A DNA stretch of 64,000 nt, from IMG/VR virus record IMGVR_UViG_3300003320_000853. One strand, 5' to 3'. A program made the position numbers and the translations under genes. Positions 1 through 9,807 of this stretch are shown one piece after another; position 1 is the stretch's first letter; every line of letters starts with the position of its first letter. The notes under the pieces are model-generated. The model ran no database searches. It was not told the DNA's origin and was given only the letters and a program-made list of their open reading frames with translations. The DNA comes from a virus (Duplodnaviria; Caudoviricetes).

Positions 1-13
1 GAAGTTCGAGAAG

Positions 14-1363
14 ATGTGCAAGCGGATGAAGCTCTTCCAGAGGCTCATCACGGGCGTCCATCACTACTGGCTCGACGGGACGTGCTGCATCTTCGCGGAG
101 GATTCAGAAGTCCAGGTGCCGGCTGAGGTGGGGTACGACCGGCAATCGGTGACCCGCAGCATCCTGGACGATGACGGCAATGCCCGAGAGGTGCAGGAGG
201 AGGCGTGGATCGAGCGTCCCGACCGAGAGGAGCAGGAGCTCGCCTACTACCAACAGCACTACCGTGGGTGGGAGCGGCTCATCATCGTCCCGATTGACCA
301 GGTCCAGATCACCTCGTGGTCGTTCAGCGACAAGGTCCGCATCGAGCTGATCCCTTCGGACAGGGACAGGGCCATCATCGAGCAGGCGCGGATGGGCGAT
401 CCCGAGGCCGAGGAGATGGCCAACGAGATCCCCGAAGAGGTACGGGCGCATATCGAGGAGGGCAGGCTCATCCCGCTTGGCACCGATCCGGACGAGGGGT
501 CTTTCGCCTACCTGCTCTGTGGCCGGAAGGGTGCCGGGGAGGAGCTGGGGCAGAGCATCCTCGATCGCTGCCTTCGGACGCTCTACTACCGGGAGAAGCT
601 TCGTCAGGCGCAGACGCAGATCGCCAGCCGGGCGATGACTCCGAAGCGTGTCGTGTGGGCCGAGGACATCTCGGAAGCCGACGTCGAGGATCTGCGCGAA
701 CAGGTGGACCTCTCGCTCGTCGACCCTGATTACTCGATCGTCGCAAACTACGAGATCCATTGGGAAGAGATGGGGTCGAAGGATCGCCTCCTCGACCTAT
801 CGGCGGAGTACGAGGTGACCGATCGCCAGCTTCATGCGGGGCTCGGGGTGACGGAGAGCCTCCTCTCTGGGGAGTCCCTCTACTCGGGCGACCGCCTCAA
901 GCTTGAGGTGATCAACACGCGCTACCTCTTCCTCCGGGAGATCCTCCAGGAGTACGTCGAGGAGGAGCTCTTCAAGCCCGTCGCCCGACGCATGGGCTTC
1001 ATCGAGAAGGACGAGTGGGGGGACGAGATCGTGCTCTACCCCAGGCTTTCGTTCACGCGGCTTCCGCTCCGGGACAGCCAGGACACGTTCGACGCGATGT
1101 TCAACCTCTACACGAAGGGATCGCTCCCGGTGGAGGCCATCCTGGAGCTTCTCAACCTCGACGCCAACGACATCAAGGCGAAGCTAGAGCGGGACTTCGG
1201 CACGATGAACGACGCCGTGTTCAACGAGCTGACCCGCGGGATGTACACGGGCATTGCCGAGAAGCTGGCGGGGGAGACGGACTTCGCCGAGAAGATCGCC
1301 AAGTACCTCGGCCTCAAGCTCAAGCCGAAGCCCGCCGAAGAGGGCGAGGACAGGTTTGGCTAG
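14..1363 (+). CDS. Phage portal protein (probably 5' truncated by the window edge)
   Basis: Portal-like C-terminal half (LHAGLGVTESLLSGESLYSG...LREILQEYVEEELFKPVARRMGF...PRLSF); lies upstream of protease, scaffold and capsid. Confidence 0.75.
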   Translation: MCKRMKLFQRLITGVHHYWLDGTCCIFAEDSEVQVPAEVGYDRQSVTRSILDDDGNAREVQEEAWIERPDREEQELAYYQQHYRGWERLIIVPIDQVQITSWSFSDKVRIELIPSDRDRAIIEQARMGDPEAEEMANEIPEEVRAHIEEGRLIPLGTDPDEGSFAYLLCGRKGAGEELGQSILDRCLRTLYYREKLRQAQTQIASRAMTPKRVVWAEDISEADVEDLREQVDLSLVDPDYSIVANYEIHWEEMGSKDRLLDLSAEYEVTDRQLHAGLGVTESLLSGESLYSGDRLKLEVINTRYLFLREILQEYVEEELFKPVARRMGFIEKDEWGDEIVLYPRLSFTRLPLRDSQDTFDAMFNLYTKGSLPVEAILELLNLDANDIKAKLERDFGTMNDAVFNELTRGMYTGIAEKLAGETDFAEKIAKYLGLKLKPKPAEEGEDRFG

Positions 1364-1366
1364 CGA

Positions 1367-2101
1367 TCAGGGGGTGGTGATCGCGACCATGGCGGTCACG
1401 GCCTGGGCCGCAGCGGCAGTCACCGTCGGCCCCACCGCCTGGAAGGCGATGTTCAGCGCATCCTGAGCCGAGGTGCTCCCGGCCTTCGCGCCGAGGATGC
1501 CGGTGGTCTCGAAGCCACACCGGAACGCAGCGTCCGTACCGTACCAGTCGCCCGGCAAGCCCGGCACGTTCCCCATGATGGCCGCATGGGTGGTCGCTCC
1601 GATCGTGTCGAGGTCGGCGTCCCAGGTCTGCGGACCCAGCGCAATACGCGCATCCCGGATCAGCCAGAAGGCCCGCTCCGACTCGAAGCTCACCTGTTCC
1701 GGCGTGAGCTCGGTGGCCGGCAACGTGTCCTTCCAGGAAGCGGCAGGAATGCCGGCGGCGTCGACCCACGCGCTGACGTAGGTACGGACGAGGTTGTCCG
1801 CCGCGAAATGGGCCCGCTTGGTCTCGACCGCATCGCTCGCGGCCGTACCAGCGATCTCGGTGGAGAACCCGGCAAGAGTCATCTGATAGGTCGCCCCCTC
1901 CGTGGGATCGGCCGCGCGAGCAATGCGAACCACCTCCGCGTAGATCACGGGGGAGACCCCCGCCGGGACGCCATTGCTGCCATCCATGCCCGTCGAGGTG
2001 CTCGGGCAACCGCCACCCGTGCCCTCGTTCGTATCGGCGCACCCGAAGCTGCCAACGACGGTCGTGAAAGCCAGCAAGGCGAGCGAAAGAGTCGTTTTCA
2101 T
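1367..2101 (-). CDS. Putative lipoprotein, myxobacterial style (244 aa)
   Basis: AAGGAG 9 nt upstream of ATG 2101; MKTTLSLALLAFTTVVGSFG-C signal peptide with lipobox-like Cys followed by a G/T/S-rich linker. Confidence 0.6.
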   Translation of the reverse strand: MKTTLSLALLAFTTVVGSFGCADTNEGTGGGCPSTSTGMDGSNGVPAGVSPVIYAEVVRIARAADPTEGATYQMTLAGFSTEIAGTAASDAVETKRAHFAADNLVRTYVSAWVDAAGIPAASWKDTLPATELTPEQVSFESERAFWLIRDARIALGPQTWDADLDTIGATTHAAIMGNVPGLPGDWYGTDAAFRCGFETTGILGAKAGSTSAQDALNIAFQAVGPTVTAAAAQAVTAMVAITTP

Positions 2102-2323
2102 GTGGATCATCTCCTTGGTGTCGACAGTCGACGCCGAGGCTCCAAGCAGATGCCGTGCCGGGCCGTAGATGCGCCAGGGTTGGCCTGACGTGTCCGGTAT
2201 CGCGCACACGGTTGGAAGCGCTTCCGGTTGGATACGATAGACAGACCGTGAAAACCGCGTGAAATAGGCGGATTCCAGTTTTGAGGACACAGCGCCGATG
2301 GTTTTCCTCGATCCCGGACAGGT

Positions 2324-2337
2324 TAGTCCTTCTTTGG
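2324..2337 (+). promoter_or_regulatory. Putative late-promoter motif (degenerate)
   Basis: TAGTCCTTCTTTGG just upstream of ORF 2348; resembles TAGTTCTCTTATCC. Confidence 0.35.
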
Positions 2338-2347
2338 GCACCGCTTT

Positions 2348-5323
2348 GTGATGCTCCGGTCGGCGACCAAGGACACCTACGAGCGCGAGAACGATGAGGC
2401 CGAGCGCCTTGTTCGACCCTCGCCCAAGGTCAAGCCCCCCCGTCGCGACAAGCGCCGGGAGCGCATCGACTCGGATCCCGAGGAGGAGAGGGACAAGGAT
2501 CTGTCCCTCAACTACAAGGACGTCGGAGGCGCTGTCCTCCGACGCTTCCTCGCGGAGAAGAGCAAGGGGAAAGTCAAGGTCATCAAGAAGGACACGGGCG
2601 AGACGACCTACATCAAGCCCGAGACCCTCAAGGATCGTCCGGAGGATTACGTCCTTCCCGAGGCCGGAGAGGCCGCCGAGTGGTCGCCGGAAGACCTGGC
2701 GGCACATGGGAAGGGCAAGGCGCTTTGGGAGCAAGCCCAGGGCGACCCGGAGCTTCAATCCATCTTCCGGGATCTGGTCAACCCGAAGTCTCAAGGCGCG
2801 GGCTATCTCGCTCGGAGCACCCCTGGCTTCCCGGCGGGGCCGATGATGCGTGGTCGGGCCCTGCCCGACGGAGTCGAGAACCTGGGGCAGCTCCTCAAGG
2901 TCTTGGAGCAGGGGCAGAAAACACCTCCGAAGCCCAAGGACGAGCCCAAGCCTGAGACTCCTTCAGCCGAAGAGACGGCTCCCAGCACTTCCGCCGGAGA
3001 CGAGCCTGTGGCCGAAGCTCCGCCTGAGAAGGGCGAAGAGGAGAAGGCGGAACCGGAGCCGGAGAAAAACGCACCCGAGGATCAGCCGGAGAAGCCCAAG
3101 GAGGAGAAGGGCAAGAAGCCCTCCGGTGAGAAGAAGCCGGGGAAGGTGCCCGAACCGGAGCGACGCAAGCCCGAGGATTGGGAGCTGATGGCTTCGCGGT
3201 CGGCCATTTTGGAGACGCTTCCCAAGGGGGAGATGCGCGATCGTCTCATCGACGCCCGGCTTCATCCCGACGATGTGAGCGAGATCCTCGCGACGTACCA
3301 CACGGCGAAGTCTGCGGATCTCGGTCAGAAGGGCGCTGAAAAGCTCATCGACCACGCTCGGAACTGGTTCGAGCCGGACCCTTCGAAGATCGGGACGCCG
3401 AAATTCGGCAAGGATCGGGCCGGCAACGAGAAGCCATTCGAGGAGCTGAACCCCGAGGAGAAGGCCGAGGCGACAGTCCATCACCGGAACCGGACGGTGG
3501 CGTTGAGCCTCGCGGCACACGACCAGGTGACCCGTTCGCTCACGAAGAACCTCGGAGCTCCGCCCGCGCTCGCTGATTTCCTCTCTGCCTTCATGCTGGG
3601 GCAGAAGCCTCCGAAGGAAGGGGCACCTCCTCCCGACCCGGCGGAGGTGGACGCGAAGTCGCGGGCGCTCTCGAAAAAGGTCTTCGAGAAGGTGCTCGCG
3701 GGAGGTCAGGACGAGACAGTTTCGCCGAACGCGATCAAGAACGTCATCGACTTCACGAAGGACGACCCCACGGCGCAACGTGCGGCAGTGGCTTACTTCC
3801 AGGCTCGGGACTACCAGGCGGCCCGCGAGAAGTGGCTGAACCCGTCGTCTCCGAACGCCATCTCGGAGCACCAGGGGCCCACGGATATCTCCCGCGGGCT
3901 CGTCGAGGGTAGCCGGTACCTTGTGGATCGCTCGCGGCTGTACCCTGCCGTATCGGTCACCCAGGATCCTGCCGGTGCATTCCGAAACCGTGTTCTCCAG
4001 CACATCAAGACGCTCGTCCCGGAGAAGTACCCCTTCGTCCGCAAGCACGTCGATGTCTATGAGCACCAGCTCTACGACTCCGAGGTCAAGCGCCACGAGA
4101 AGATCGTCAACCGGGTGATGGATCGGTACCAGAAGGACGTCCGGCGGGTGCTCGACAAGCACGACCGCGCCGTGGAGAAGATCCGGGGCAAGCACGAACA
4201 GACGATCGACACCTACAAGGACGAGGCCAAGGCGTACGACAAGGAGTACCGGAAGTACGTCAAGGAGAAGATCCGGCACCAGAAGCTCGTCCAGGAGGCC
4301 CTCCAGAAGGACAAGGGCGAGGACTACCGGGAGTCTCCGACCGAGGGGTTGCCAGAGCCGCCCAAGGCTCCGACGCCTCCGAAGCCCCCGCCGGACATCA
4401 ATCTGCCGGACGTCCCTCCGTTGCCGCCCGAGCCGCTTCTCCCGGAGGCTCCGGCGAAGCCGGTGAGATACGGGCTTGCCGACGACGATCTCGACGAGGA
4501 ACGCGAACGGTTGTGGGAGGAGCAGAAGCGTCAAGCATCCTCTTATCCGTCGCGAAAGGCAATGGGACTGCCGAACCGAGAAGCCGTCTACTGGGGGGTC
4601 GATCCGTACCCTCCGGAGAGCGAAGCCCACGGCGCGTACCCCGAATGGTCTCAGGCACACGCCCGGGATCTCGGCGAGAAAGACTTCTCGGGGCTGCTCA
4701 AGTCGGCTCGCGAGTGGCTCCGCACGCCCATCCTTTCAAAGGCCGTCGAGGGCATCGAGAAGGACACGCAGCTCCGTGCGGCACTCGATCTGGCCATCCG
4801 ATCTCACGAGGGAGGCCGGTACTCGGTCGGTCTCCACCCGCAACTCTACAACCAGCTCCTCGCCAGGTTGGCGGGCAAATCCGAGGATGAGACCCTGACC
4901 ACGGTTCGCGCGGCAATCACACGCGATTCCGTTTATGTCGTCGCAGGAGACAAGACCATGAGCGCATCGGCCCAAGTCCGCAAGTTCGCCACCTCCATCG
5001 CCGCGTCGAACCCCGACGTCGCCTACGATCTCGTGGGCCTCGCCGATCACCTCGCTCAGGAGGAGCAGCAACAGGCCAAGGAACAGCAGGCTCAGCAGAA
5101 GCAGGGCGGCGAGGTTCCTCCTCAGTTCTTGGAGCACCAGAAGAAGAAGGAAGAGGAGAAGGGCCAGGATCATGGGCAGGGTCAGCAGAGCGAACAGCAG
5201 AAGCAGGCTGGTGCCCTCGCCTACCGCACCCTCAAGGCGTCGGTTCTGAACGCGGCGAAGCTGAACCCGGCCATCCGGAACGCTCTCCACCCGGTGCTCC
5301 AGACGATCAAGCAGCTCGGCTGA
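2348..5323 (+). CDS. Large head-associated hypothetical protein (991 aa), probably with in-frame internal starts at 4562 and 4958
   Basis: Long ORF with phage-typical codon bias between portal and protease; P/E/K-rich linkers, Gln-rich C-terminus, KQA/RQA sites. Confidence 0.7.
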   Translation: MMLRSATKDTYERENDEAERLVRPSPKVKPPRRDKRRERIDSDPEEERDKDLSLNYKDVGGAVLRRFLAEKSKGKVKVIKKDTGETTYIKPETLKDRPEDYVLPEAGEAAEWSPEDLAAHGKGKALWEQAQGDPELQSIFRDLVNPKSQGAGYLARSTPGFPAGPMMRGRALPDGVENLGQLLKVLEQGQKTPPKPKDEPKPETPSAEETAPSTSAGDEPVAEAPPEKGEEEKAEPEPEKNAPEDQPEKPKEEKGKKPSGEKKPGKVPEPERRKPEDWELMASRSAILETLPKGEMRDRLIDARLHPDDVSEILATYHTAKSADLGQKGAEKLIDHARNWFEPDPSKIGTPKFGKDRAGNEKPFEELNPEEKAEATVHHRNRTVALSLAAHDQVTRSLTKNLGAPPALADFLSAFMLGQKPPKEGAPPPDPAEVDAKSRALSKKVFEKVLAGGQDETVSPNAIKNVIDFTKDDPTAQRAAVAYFQARDYQAAREKWLNPSSPNAISEHQGPTDISRGLVEGSRYLVDRSRLYPAVSVTQDPAGAFRNRVLQHIKTLVPEKYPFVRKHVDVYEHQLYDSEVKRHEKIVNRVMDRYQKDVRRVLDKHDRAVEKIRGKHEQTIDTYKDEAKAYDKEYRKYVKEKIRHQKLVQEALQKDKGEDYRESPTEGLPEPPKAPTPPKPPPDINLPDVPPLPPEPLLPEAPAKPVRYGLADDDLDEERERLWEEQKRQASSYPSRKAMGLPNREAVYWGVDPYPPESEAHGAYPEWSQAHARDLGEKDFSGLLKSAREWLRTPILSKAVEGIEKDTQLRAALDLAIRSHEGGRYSVGLHPQLYNQLLARLAGKSEDETLTTVRAAITRDSVYVVAGDKTMSASAQVRKFATSIAASNPDVAYDLVGLADHLAQEEQQQAKEQQAQQKQGGEVPPQFLEHQKKKEEEKGQDHGQGQQSEQQKQAGALAYRTLKASVLNAAKLNPAIRNALHPVLQTIKQLG

Positions 5324-5353
5324 GACGCCCAGCGCGGAGACGGAGACACGACC

Positions 5354-5740
5354 ATGAGCAAGAACGAGCTGACGCCGGCCCAGAAGGAGGCCAACTCCAT
5401 CCTCAACCGCTTCGATCGGATCGCCAGTGTGATCCAGTCGAAGTTCGCCCAGATGGGGCTCGAACAGCCCGAGGCGAAGGAGATGGTCAACGCCCTCGAT
5501 GCGGTCTCGGACAAGATCGAGATTTCGGCCTTCGGCAAGGAGTCCTTCGAGCGCCGCCGCGCCGAGGTGATCCAGAAGGAGACCGACGAGCCGTACATGA
5601 ACACCTTCAAGAACCCGATGGCGCCCGTCCAGACGGAGAGCGACGAGCCGTACATGCGGGCTTACTCCGACGACCAGTCCTCGGCTGTGATCCACGGCAA
5701 GGCGGAGAACGGTCGGGCTCTGGCCCCGGGCCACACCTGA
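5354..5740 (+). CDS. Hypothetical head-region protein (128 aa)
   Basis: GGAG RBS; strong codon bias; internal repeat (ETDEPYM/ESDEPYM). Confidence 0.7.
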   Translation: MSKNELTPAQKEANSILNRFDRIASVIQSKFAQMGLEQPEAKEMVNALDAVSDKIEISAFGKESFERRRAEVIQKETDEPYMNTFKNPMAPVQTESDEPYMRAYSDDQSSAVIHGKAENGRALAPGHT

Positions 5741-5754
5741 TCGGGTGACCCGAA

Positions 5755-6477
5755 GTGGCGATCGACTACTGGCGCCTCGCAAATGACTTCGAGGTAGGAG
5801 GGACCGTCCAGCGGTTCGTTCCCGGCCTCGGGGGTCTTTCTCTGTCCCCGTTCCTTGGTCGTGTGACGGCCGTCCACAAGGGGCTCGGGGTGGTCGACGT
5901 CCAGTGGCCGTACGGCAACGAGCGGATGTTCCCGGATGATGTCGTTCGCGTCGACCCTCGGCTTGGGGTCTATCTCCCGCCGACGCTCGATCAGATGTAC
6001 TCCTCCTACGACACACAGAAGCAGGCCAAGACGGCAAACCGGGGCCAGTGGCGGACCATCGAGGTGCCGCCCGAGTTCCACCGGGAGCTGGCGCGTCTTT
6101 ACGCCAAGAAGGCGTCGGACGTGCTCGCCTACGACGAGTTGTGGAAGCGGTACGCCTCGACGGTCTCCGACGACATCCTCCGGGCCGAAGTGAAGCGGTT
6201 CTACAAGGTGGCCTCGAACCTGGTCGAGCTCCGGGTCCAACAGCACGCAGCGAAGACGGCGGCCTATTGGGTCGCGCAGAACCGGCAGTACCGGGTCACG
6301 GCGGAGGAGCATCAGAGCAAGAAGCCCTTCTGCCCTCGATGCGGCAAGGTGATGCGGAAGACGACCTACAAGATGGACAAGGGGGCGAAGCATCGTCTCT
6401 TCGCCTGTCCCAAGGATCTCTTCCTCATTCAACAGGAGCACCTTCTCGGTCCGGGCGGCGAGCCCGTGGAGTGGTGA
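5755..6477 (+). CDS. Hypothetical protein with C-terminal Zn-ribbon (CPRC...CPKD)
   Basis: Tightly packed in the head operon; KTA sites; CxxC motif. Confidence 0.7.
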   Translation: MAIDYWRLANDFEVGGTVQRFVPGLGGLSLSPFLGRVTAVHKGLGVVDVQWPYGNERMFPDDVVRVDPRLGVYLPPTLDQMYSSYDTQKQAKTANRGQWRTIEVPPEFHRELARLYAKKASDVLAYDELWKRYASTVSDDILRAEVKRFYKVASNLVELRVQQHAAKTAAYWVAQNRQYRVTAEEHQSKKPFCPRCGKVMRKTTYKMDKGAKHRLFACPKDLFLIQQEHLLGPGGEPVEW

Positions 6478-6480
6478 GCC

Positions 6481-6819
6481 ATGGATCTCGTTGCTCGCGT
6501 TGTTGCCCGATATCAGGGAGTCAAGGTTGCGGGGAAGTACCATTCCGTGATGGTCGACCTGGTATCGCGGATCGATGACTTGAGAGATCCTGACAAGATC
6601 AAGCAAGATCGAGAGCGTGTTCTCAAGCTCGGGGAGATGATTTCCGCCGATGAGGAATGGCACGCGTCCCCGGCGGCACAGGGATTGGCAGCGCATGCTG
6701 TCGTTCAGAGGACGGAGGATCTGGCCGAGGCGCTCTATGAGCTGGCGTTCGTAACCCGGCGGGTGCAAGAATCGTACGACGACATGAATGAAACCTTCCT
6801 CCGGCTCGGGTTGAAGTAA
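6481..6819 (+). CDS. Putative internal virion protein with RVVARY tag
   Basis: MDLVARVVARYQGVKVAG N-terminus shared with seven other ORFs. Confidence 0.6.
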   Translation: MDLVARVVARYQGVKVAGKYHSVMVDLVSRIDDLRDPDKIKQDRERVLKLGEMISADEEWHASPAAQGLAAHAVVQRTEDLAEALYELAFVTRRVQESYDDMNETFLRLGLK

Positions 6820-6821
6820 TC

Positions 6822-8276
6822 ATGGCCTTTCTCCGGTACGCTTACGCGAAGACCATTCAGCCGGATATCAAGGTCGCCGGGTGGGAAGAGATCCGCCGTG
6901 CGGGCAACCCTTTCGTGGAACGGGCGGCTGCCAAGGTCGTCTTCACGGAATTCAGCCCGAACGACTACATGCTCTCGCACTGCACGATCATCGCGTCGGT
7001 CGACGCGGAGCCGGGCAATGCGCCCCTTGGAAAGAGCGTCGTCGACGGCTTCCAGATCAACCGGAAGTACCCCGATTGGCTCGTCACCCAGAAGACGGCC
7101 AAGTACATCAACAACAACAACGACGCCTGGGAGAGGAAGCTCCTCCTCTCGTGCTTCCGCACTTTCATCGGTGGCGAGAACTACGTCGAGCACATTCAGA
7201 TCCCAGAATTCAGCCGTGGGAAGATCATCGACGCGGCGGCTCGGGACATCGGGGACTCGATCTACGTCGACATCCTCGTGGCGACCCATCGGAAGCATCA
7301 GCCCCTCATCGCGTCGATCACGAGCGGAGCCCTACAGACTCTCTCGATGGGCTGCCAGGTCGAATTCACGATCTGCACGAAGTGTGGGAACGTCGCCTAC
7401 GACGAGACGCAGCTCTGCCCCCACGTGCGGTTCGCCAAGGGCACCCCGTGGAAAGATGCGGCCGGCAATGAGCGCATCGTCGCCGAGCTATGCGGCCACA
7501 TCGAGGAGGAGCCCGGGAGCGTCAAGTTCATCGAGGCGTCGTGGGTGGGCAACCCCGCTTTCACGGGAGCGGTTCTTCGCAACATCCTGAACCCCCGGGA
7601 GGCGGCGATCCACGAGGCCAAGCTCAAGAGCGCTCTCGCCGAGATGCCTCGCGTTCCGAATCTCGACCTCTTCCAGAAGGCGGCCTACCAGCTCAAGATC
7701 AGCCAGTACGGGGATCAGGGGGATCAGGGGAGCGATCCCGCGCCGAAGAAGAAGCCGGAGAAGAGTCCCTTCGATTCGGCCGTCGACGATCTCGCGGATC
7801 ATCTCCGAGAGAAGGCGGTCGAGAAGGTTCGGGGGGAGATCCACAAGGACGAGTCCCCGCTTCGAGACGAGAACCAGAACGACACCCTGATCAAGTCCGC
7901 GCTCCGAAATCCCGTCTGGAGGGAGATGGCCCGAGCTGTCATCGCGACCGTGGGTACGGGCAAGCCGGCGCGCAAGACACTTCTGGGGCTCATCCTCCTC
8001 AAGACTGGGGGATGGGAGGCCGTGCGATCCGCGAAACTCCTCACGGGGCGCGAGATCCTCGCTCTTTCCCGCATGATCGACCTCGCCCACAAGCGCACGA
8101 TCATGGCCGGAGAAGGGCGCATTTATCGAACTATTGTCGCGGTTGGCGGGACGTCCCCATACCGCGACGAAGCGCACTACATGGCGGCGTGCCGTCGTGT
8201 CTTGGGTAGGGATCCTACTCAAGACGAGAAGAGGGTCCTCCTCGTCAAGGGGCAGCTCTTCTCGTTCGGTGCATGA
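6822..8276 (+). CDS. Prohead (capsid maturation) protease
   Basis: NNNNDAW, NYVEH, GKIIDA, LSMGCQVEFTICTKCG...CPH and FIEASWVGNPAF fit a herpes/HK97-type (assemblin-fold) protease with a Zn insert; directly precedes scaffold and capsid. Confidence 0.8.
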   Translation: MAFLRYAYAKTIQPDIKVAGWEEIRRAGNPFVERAAAKVVFTEFSPNDYMLSHCTIIASVDAEPGNAPLGKSVVDGFQINRKYPDWLVTQKTAKYINNNNDAWERKLLLSCFRTFIGGENYVEHIQIPEFSRGKIIDAAARDIGDSIYVDILVATHRKHQPLIASITSGALQTLSMGCQVEFTICTKCGNVAYDETQLCPHVRFAKGTPWKDAAGNERIVAELCGHIEEEPGSVKFIEASWVGNPAFTGAVLRNILNPREAAIHEAKLKSALAEMPRVPNLDLFQKAAYQLKISQYGDQGDQGSDPAPKKKPEKSPFDSAVDDLADHLREKAVEKVRGEIHKDESPLRDENQNDTLIKSALRNPVWREMARAVIATVGTGKPARKTLLGLILLKTGGWEAVRSAKLLTGREILALSRMIDLAHKRTIMAGEGRIYRTIVAVGGTSPYRDEAHYMAACRRVLGRDPTQDEKRVLLVKGQLFSFGA

Positions 8277-8286
8277 TTCTGTTTAT
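8275..8286 (+). promoter_or_regulatory. Putative late-promoter motif
   Basis: GATTCTGTTTAT upstream of the scaffold gene. Confidence 0.4.
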
Positions 8287-8351
8287 ATTCCGTCAGCCTA
8301 CGTAAATCGACGTCATCACGTCGATCGGAGGCTGCCCGAGAGGGGTCGAAC

Positions 8352-9722
8352 ATGCGCGCACGCACCACTTGGAACCGCGAGCAGATCAGGCAGGCTTCGG
8401 CGGGCAGGACCGCCGAGGATCCTCGGGCTATGAACCAGGATCACCTTTCGCAGCAACCGCGGGCGGATGCGTATGTGAACGGTGATCCTTCGTCCTGGGC
8501 CGAGGACGTCCGCAAGCCGAACACGTGGGACGTCGAGTACAGCGGCGGCGCCACCAAGCGTGACGAGATCGGCATGCCGGAGAAGCGCCCCGAGACCTAC
8601 AACCACCCGGAGAAGACGGCTGCCATGGAGGAGATGCGACTGTCCAAGAAGGCCGAGTTCACGTGCAAGCTCGCCAAGCTCATGCTCGGTTCGGGCGCCA
8701 CGGAGACCGCGGTCGAGGATCAGGCCGTGTCCCTCATGCACATGCCGGACGAGGCCCTCATCACGACGTACAACACCCTGAGCGAGAAGCTCGCCGATCA
8801 GTCGCAGTTCCCCGGGGGTCAGTACCCGACCGCGGAGCAGCAACAGCAGTCGGCTCAGCAGCAAGTCGCCATGTACCAGCAACAGGCGCAGCAAGCGCTT
8901 CAGTCTGGTGACTTCGAGCAGGCCAAGCAGGCCCTCGAACAGTGCATGGCGGCTCAGCAGGGTCAGCAGGGCCAGGGTCAGCAACAGGTGATGGCCGGGC
9001 AGAAGAGGGCCGATGGGACAGTGGCTCCGGCCCCCGCGACTCCGGCTCCGGCTCCGGCAGCTTCCACTTCGGCGCCCGCGGCTCCGGCCGTGGCGGCCCC
9101 CGCTCCGTCGACGACTCCCGACATCAACGCGATCGTCCAGACGGCGGTCCAGGCGGCCCTCAAGCAGGCCGGGGTGCTTCGGGCCGACGATCAGCAGCAA
9201 CAGCAGGGGCAGCAGCAGCAGGGGCAGGGCCAGGGTCAGCAGCAACAGGCCAGCCAGCAACAGGGGCAGCCGCAGGGTCAGGGCCAGATGCAGCAGCAGA
9301 GCCAGCAACAGGCTCAGATGCAGCAGCAGGCCGACGATGCCCTCCTCGACGAGCTGATGATGGGCCAGGGCCAGGGCGGGATGTCGGAGGCCGACATCGA
9401 GCTGGAGGCTCCCCCGATGGACACCGGCGAGGTCGTGCTCGGTCCGGAGGACGACGTCCTCCAGACGCTCTTCGCCAACGAGGAGACCCAGGCCGCCGAG
9501 CAGGCTCAGCAGGGCCAGGGCGACCAGGGCCAGAAGCAGGCGGGCATGGGTCGCACGGCTTCGACCCGTACCGTGGGCACGCGTCCCACGGGTGGTGTCG
9601 CGAAGGTCGGCGGTGCCTCCGGGGCCGCGGGCCAGCCCACCCGCGGTGGCAGTGACATCGACAAGCTCGCGGCCCTCTGGCCTTCGGCTCCCGATGTCCG
9701 CGGTGCCTTCAATATGACCTAG
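8352..9722 (+). CDS. Capsid scaffolding protein (Gln/Ala/Pro-rich)
   Basis: Low-complexity poly-Q and PA linkers; position between protease and capsid genes; many [KR]xA sites. Confidence 0.65.
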   Translation: MRARTTWNREQIRQASAGRTAEDPRAMNQDHLSQQPRADAYVNGDPSSWAEDVRKPNTWDVEYSGGATKRDEIGMPEKRPETYNHPEKTAAMEEMRLSKKAEFTCKLAKLMLGSGATETAVEDQAVSLMHMPDEALITTYNTLSEKLADQSQFPGGQYPTAEQQQQSAQQQVAMYQQQAQQALQSGDFEQAKQALEQCMAAQQGQQGQGQQQVMAGQKRADGTVAPAPATPAPAPAASTSAPAAPAVAAPAPSTTPDINAIVQTAVQAALKQAGVLRADDQQQQQGQQQQGQGQGQQQQASQQQGQPQGQGQMQQQSQQQAQMQQQADDALLDELMMGQGQGGMSEADIELEAPPMDTGEVVLGPEDDVLQTLFANEETQAAEQAQQGQGDQGQKQAGMGRTASTRTVGTRPTGGVAKVGGASGAAGQPTRGGSDIDKLAALWPSAPDVRGAFNMT

Positions 9723-9807
9723 TCCCTCCGGGACATGCGCCTTTCGAGGCGGGATCGAATCGCATCAAACACCCGAACCAAACCAACGTGCCCAGGAGCA
9801 AACATAG

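Noticed and set aside
2102-2794. N-terminal 231 aa of the 475-aa minus ORF
   Set aside because: Antisense to ORF 2348; the RBS and signal peptide place the real start at 2101.
8820-9545. CAG-rich repeats as a CRISPR array or VNTR
   Set aside because: They are in-frame poly-Gln coding of the scaffold, with no constant repeat and unique spacers.
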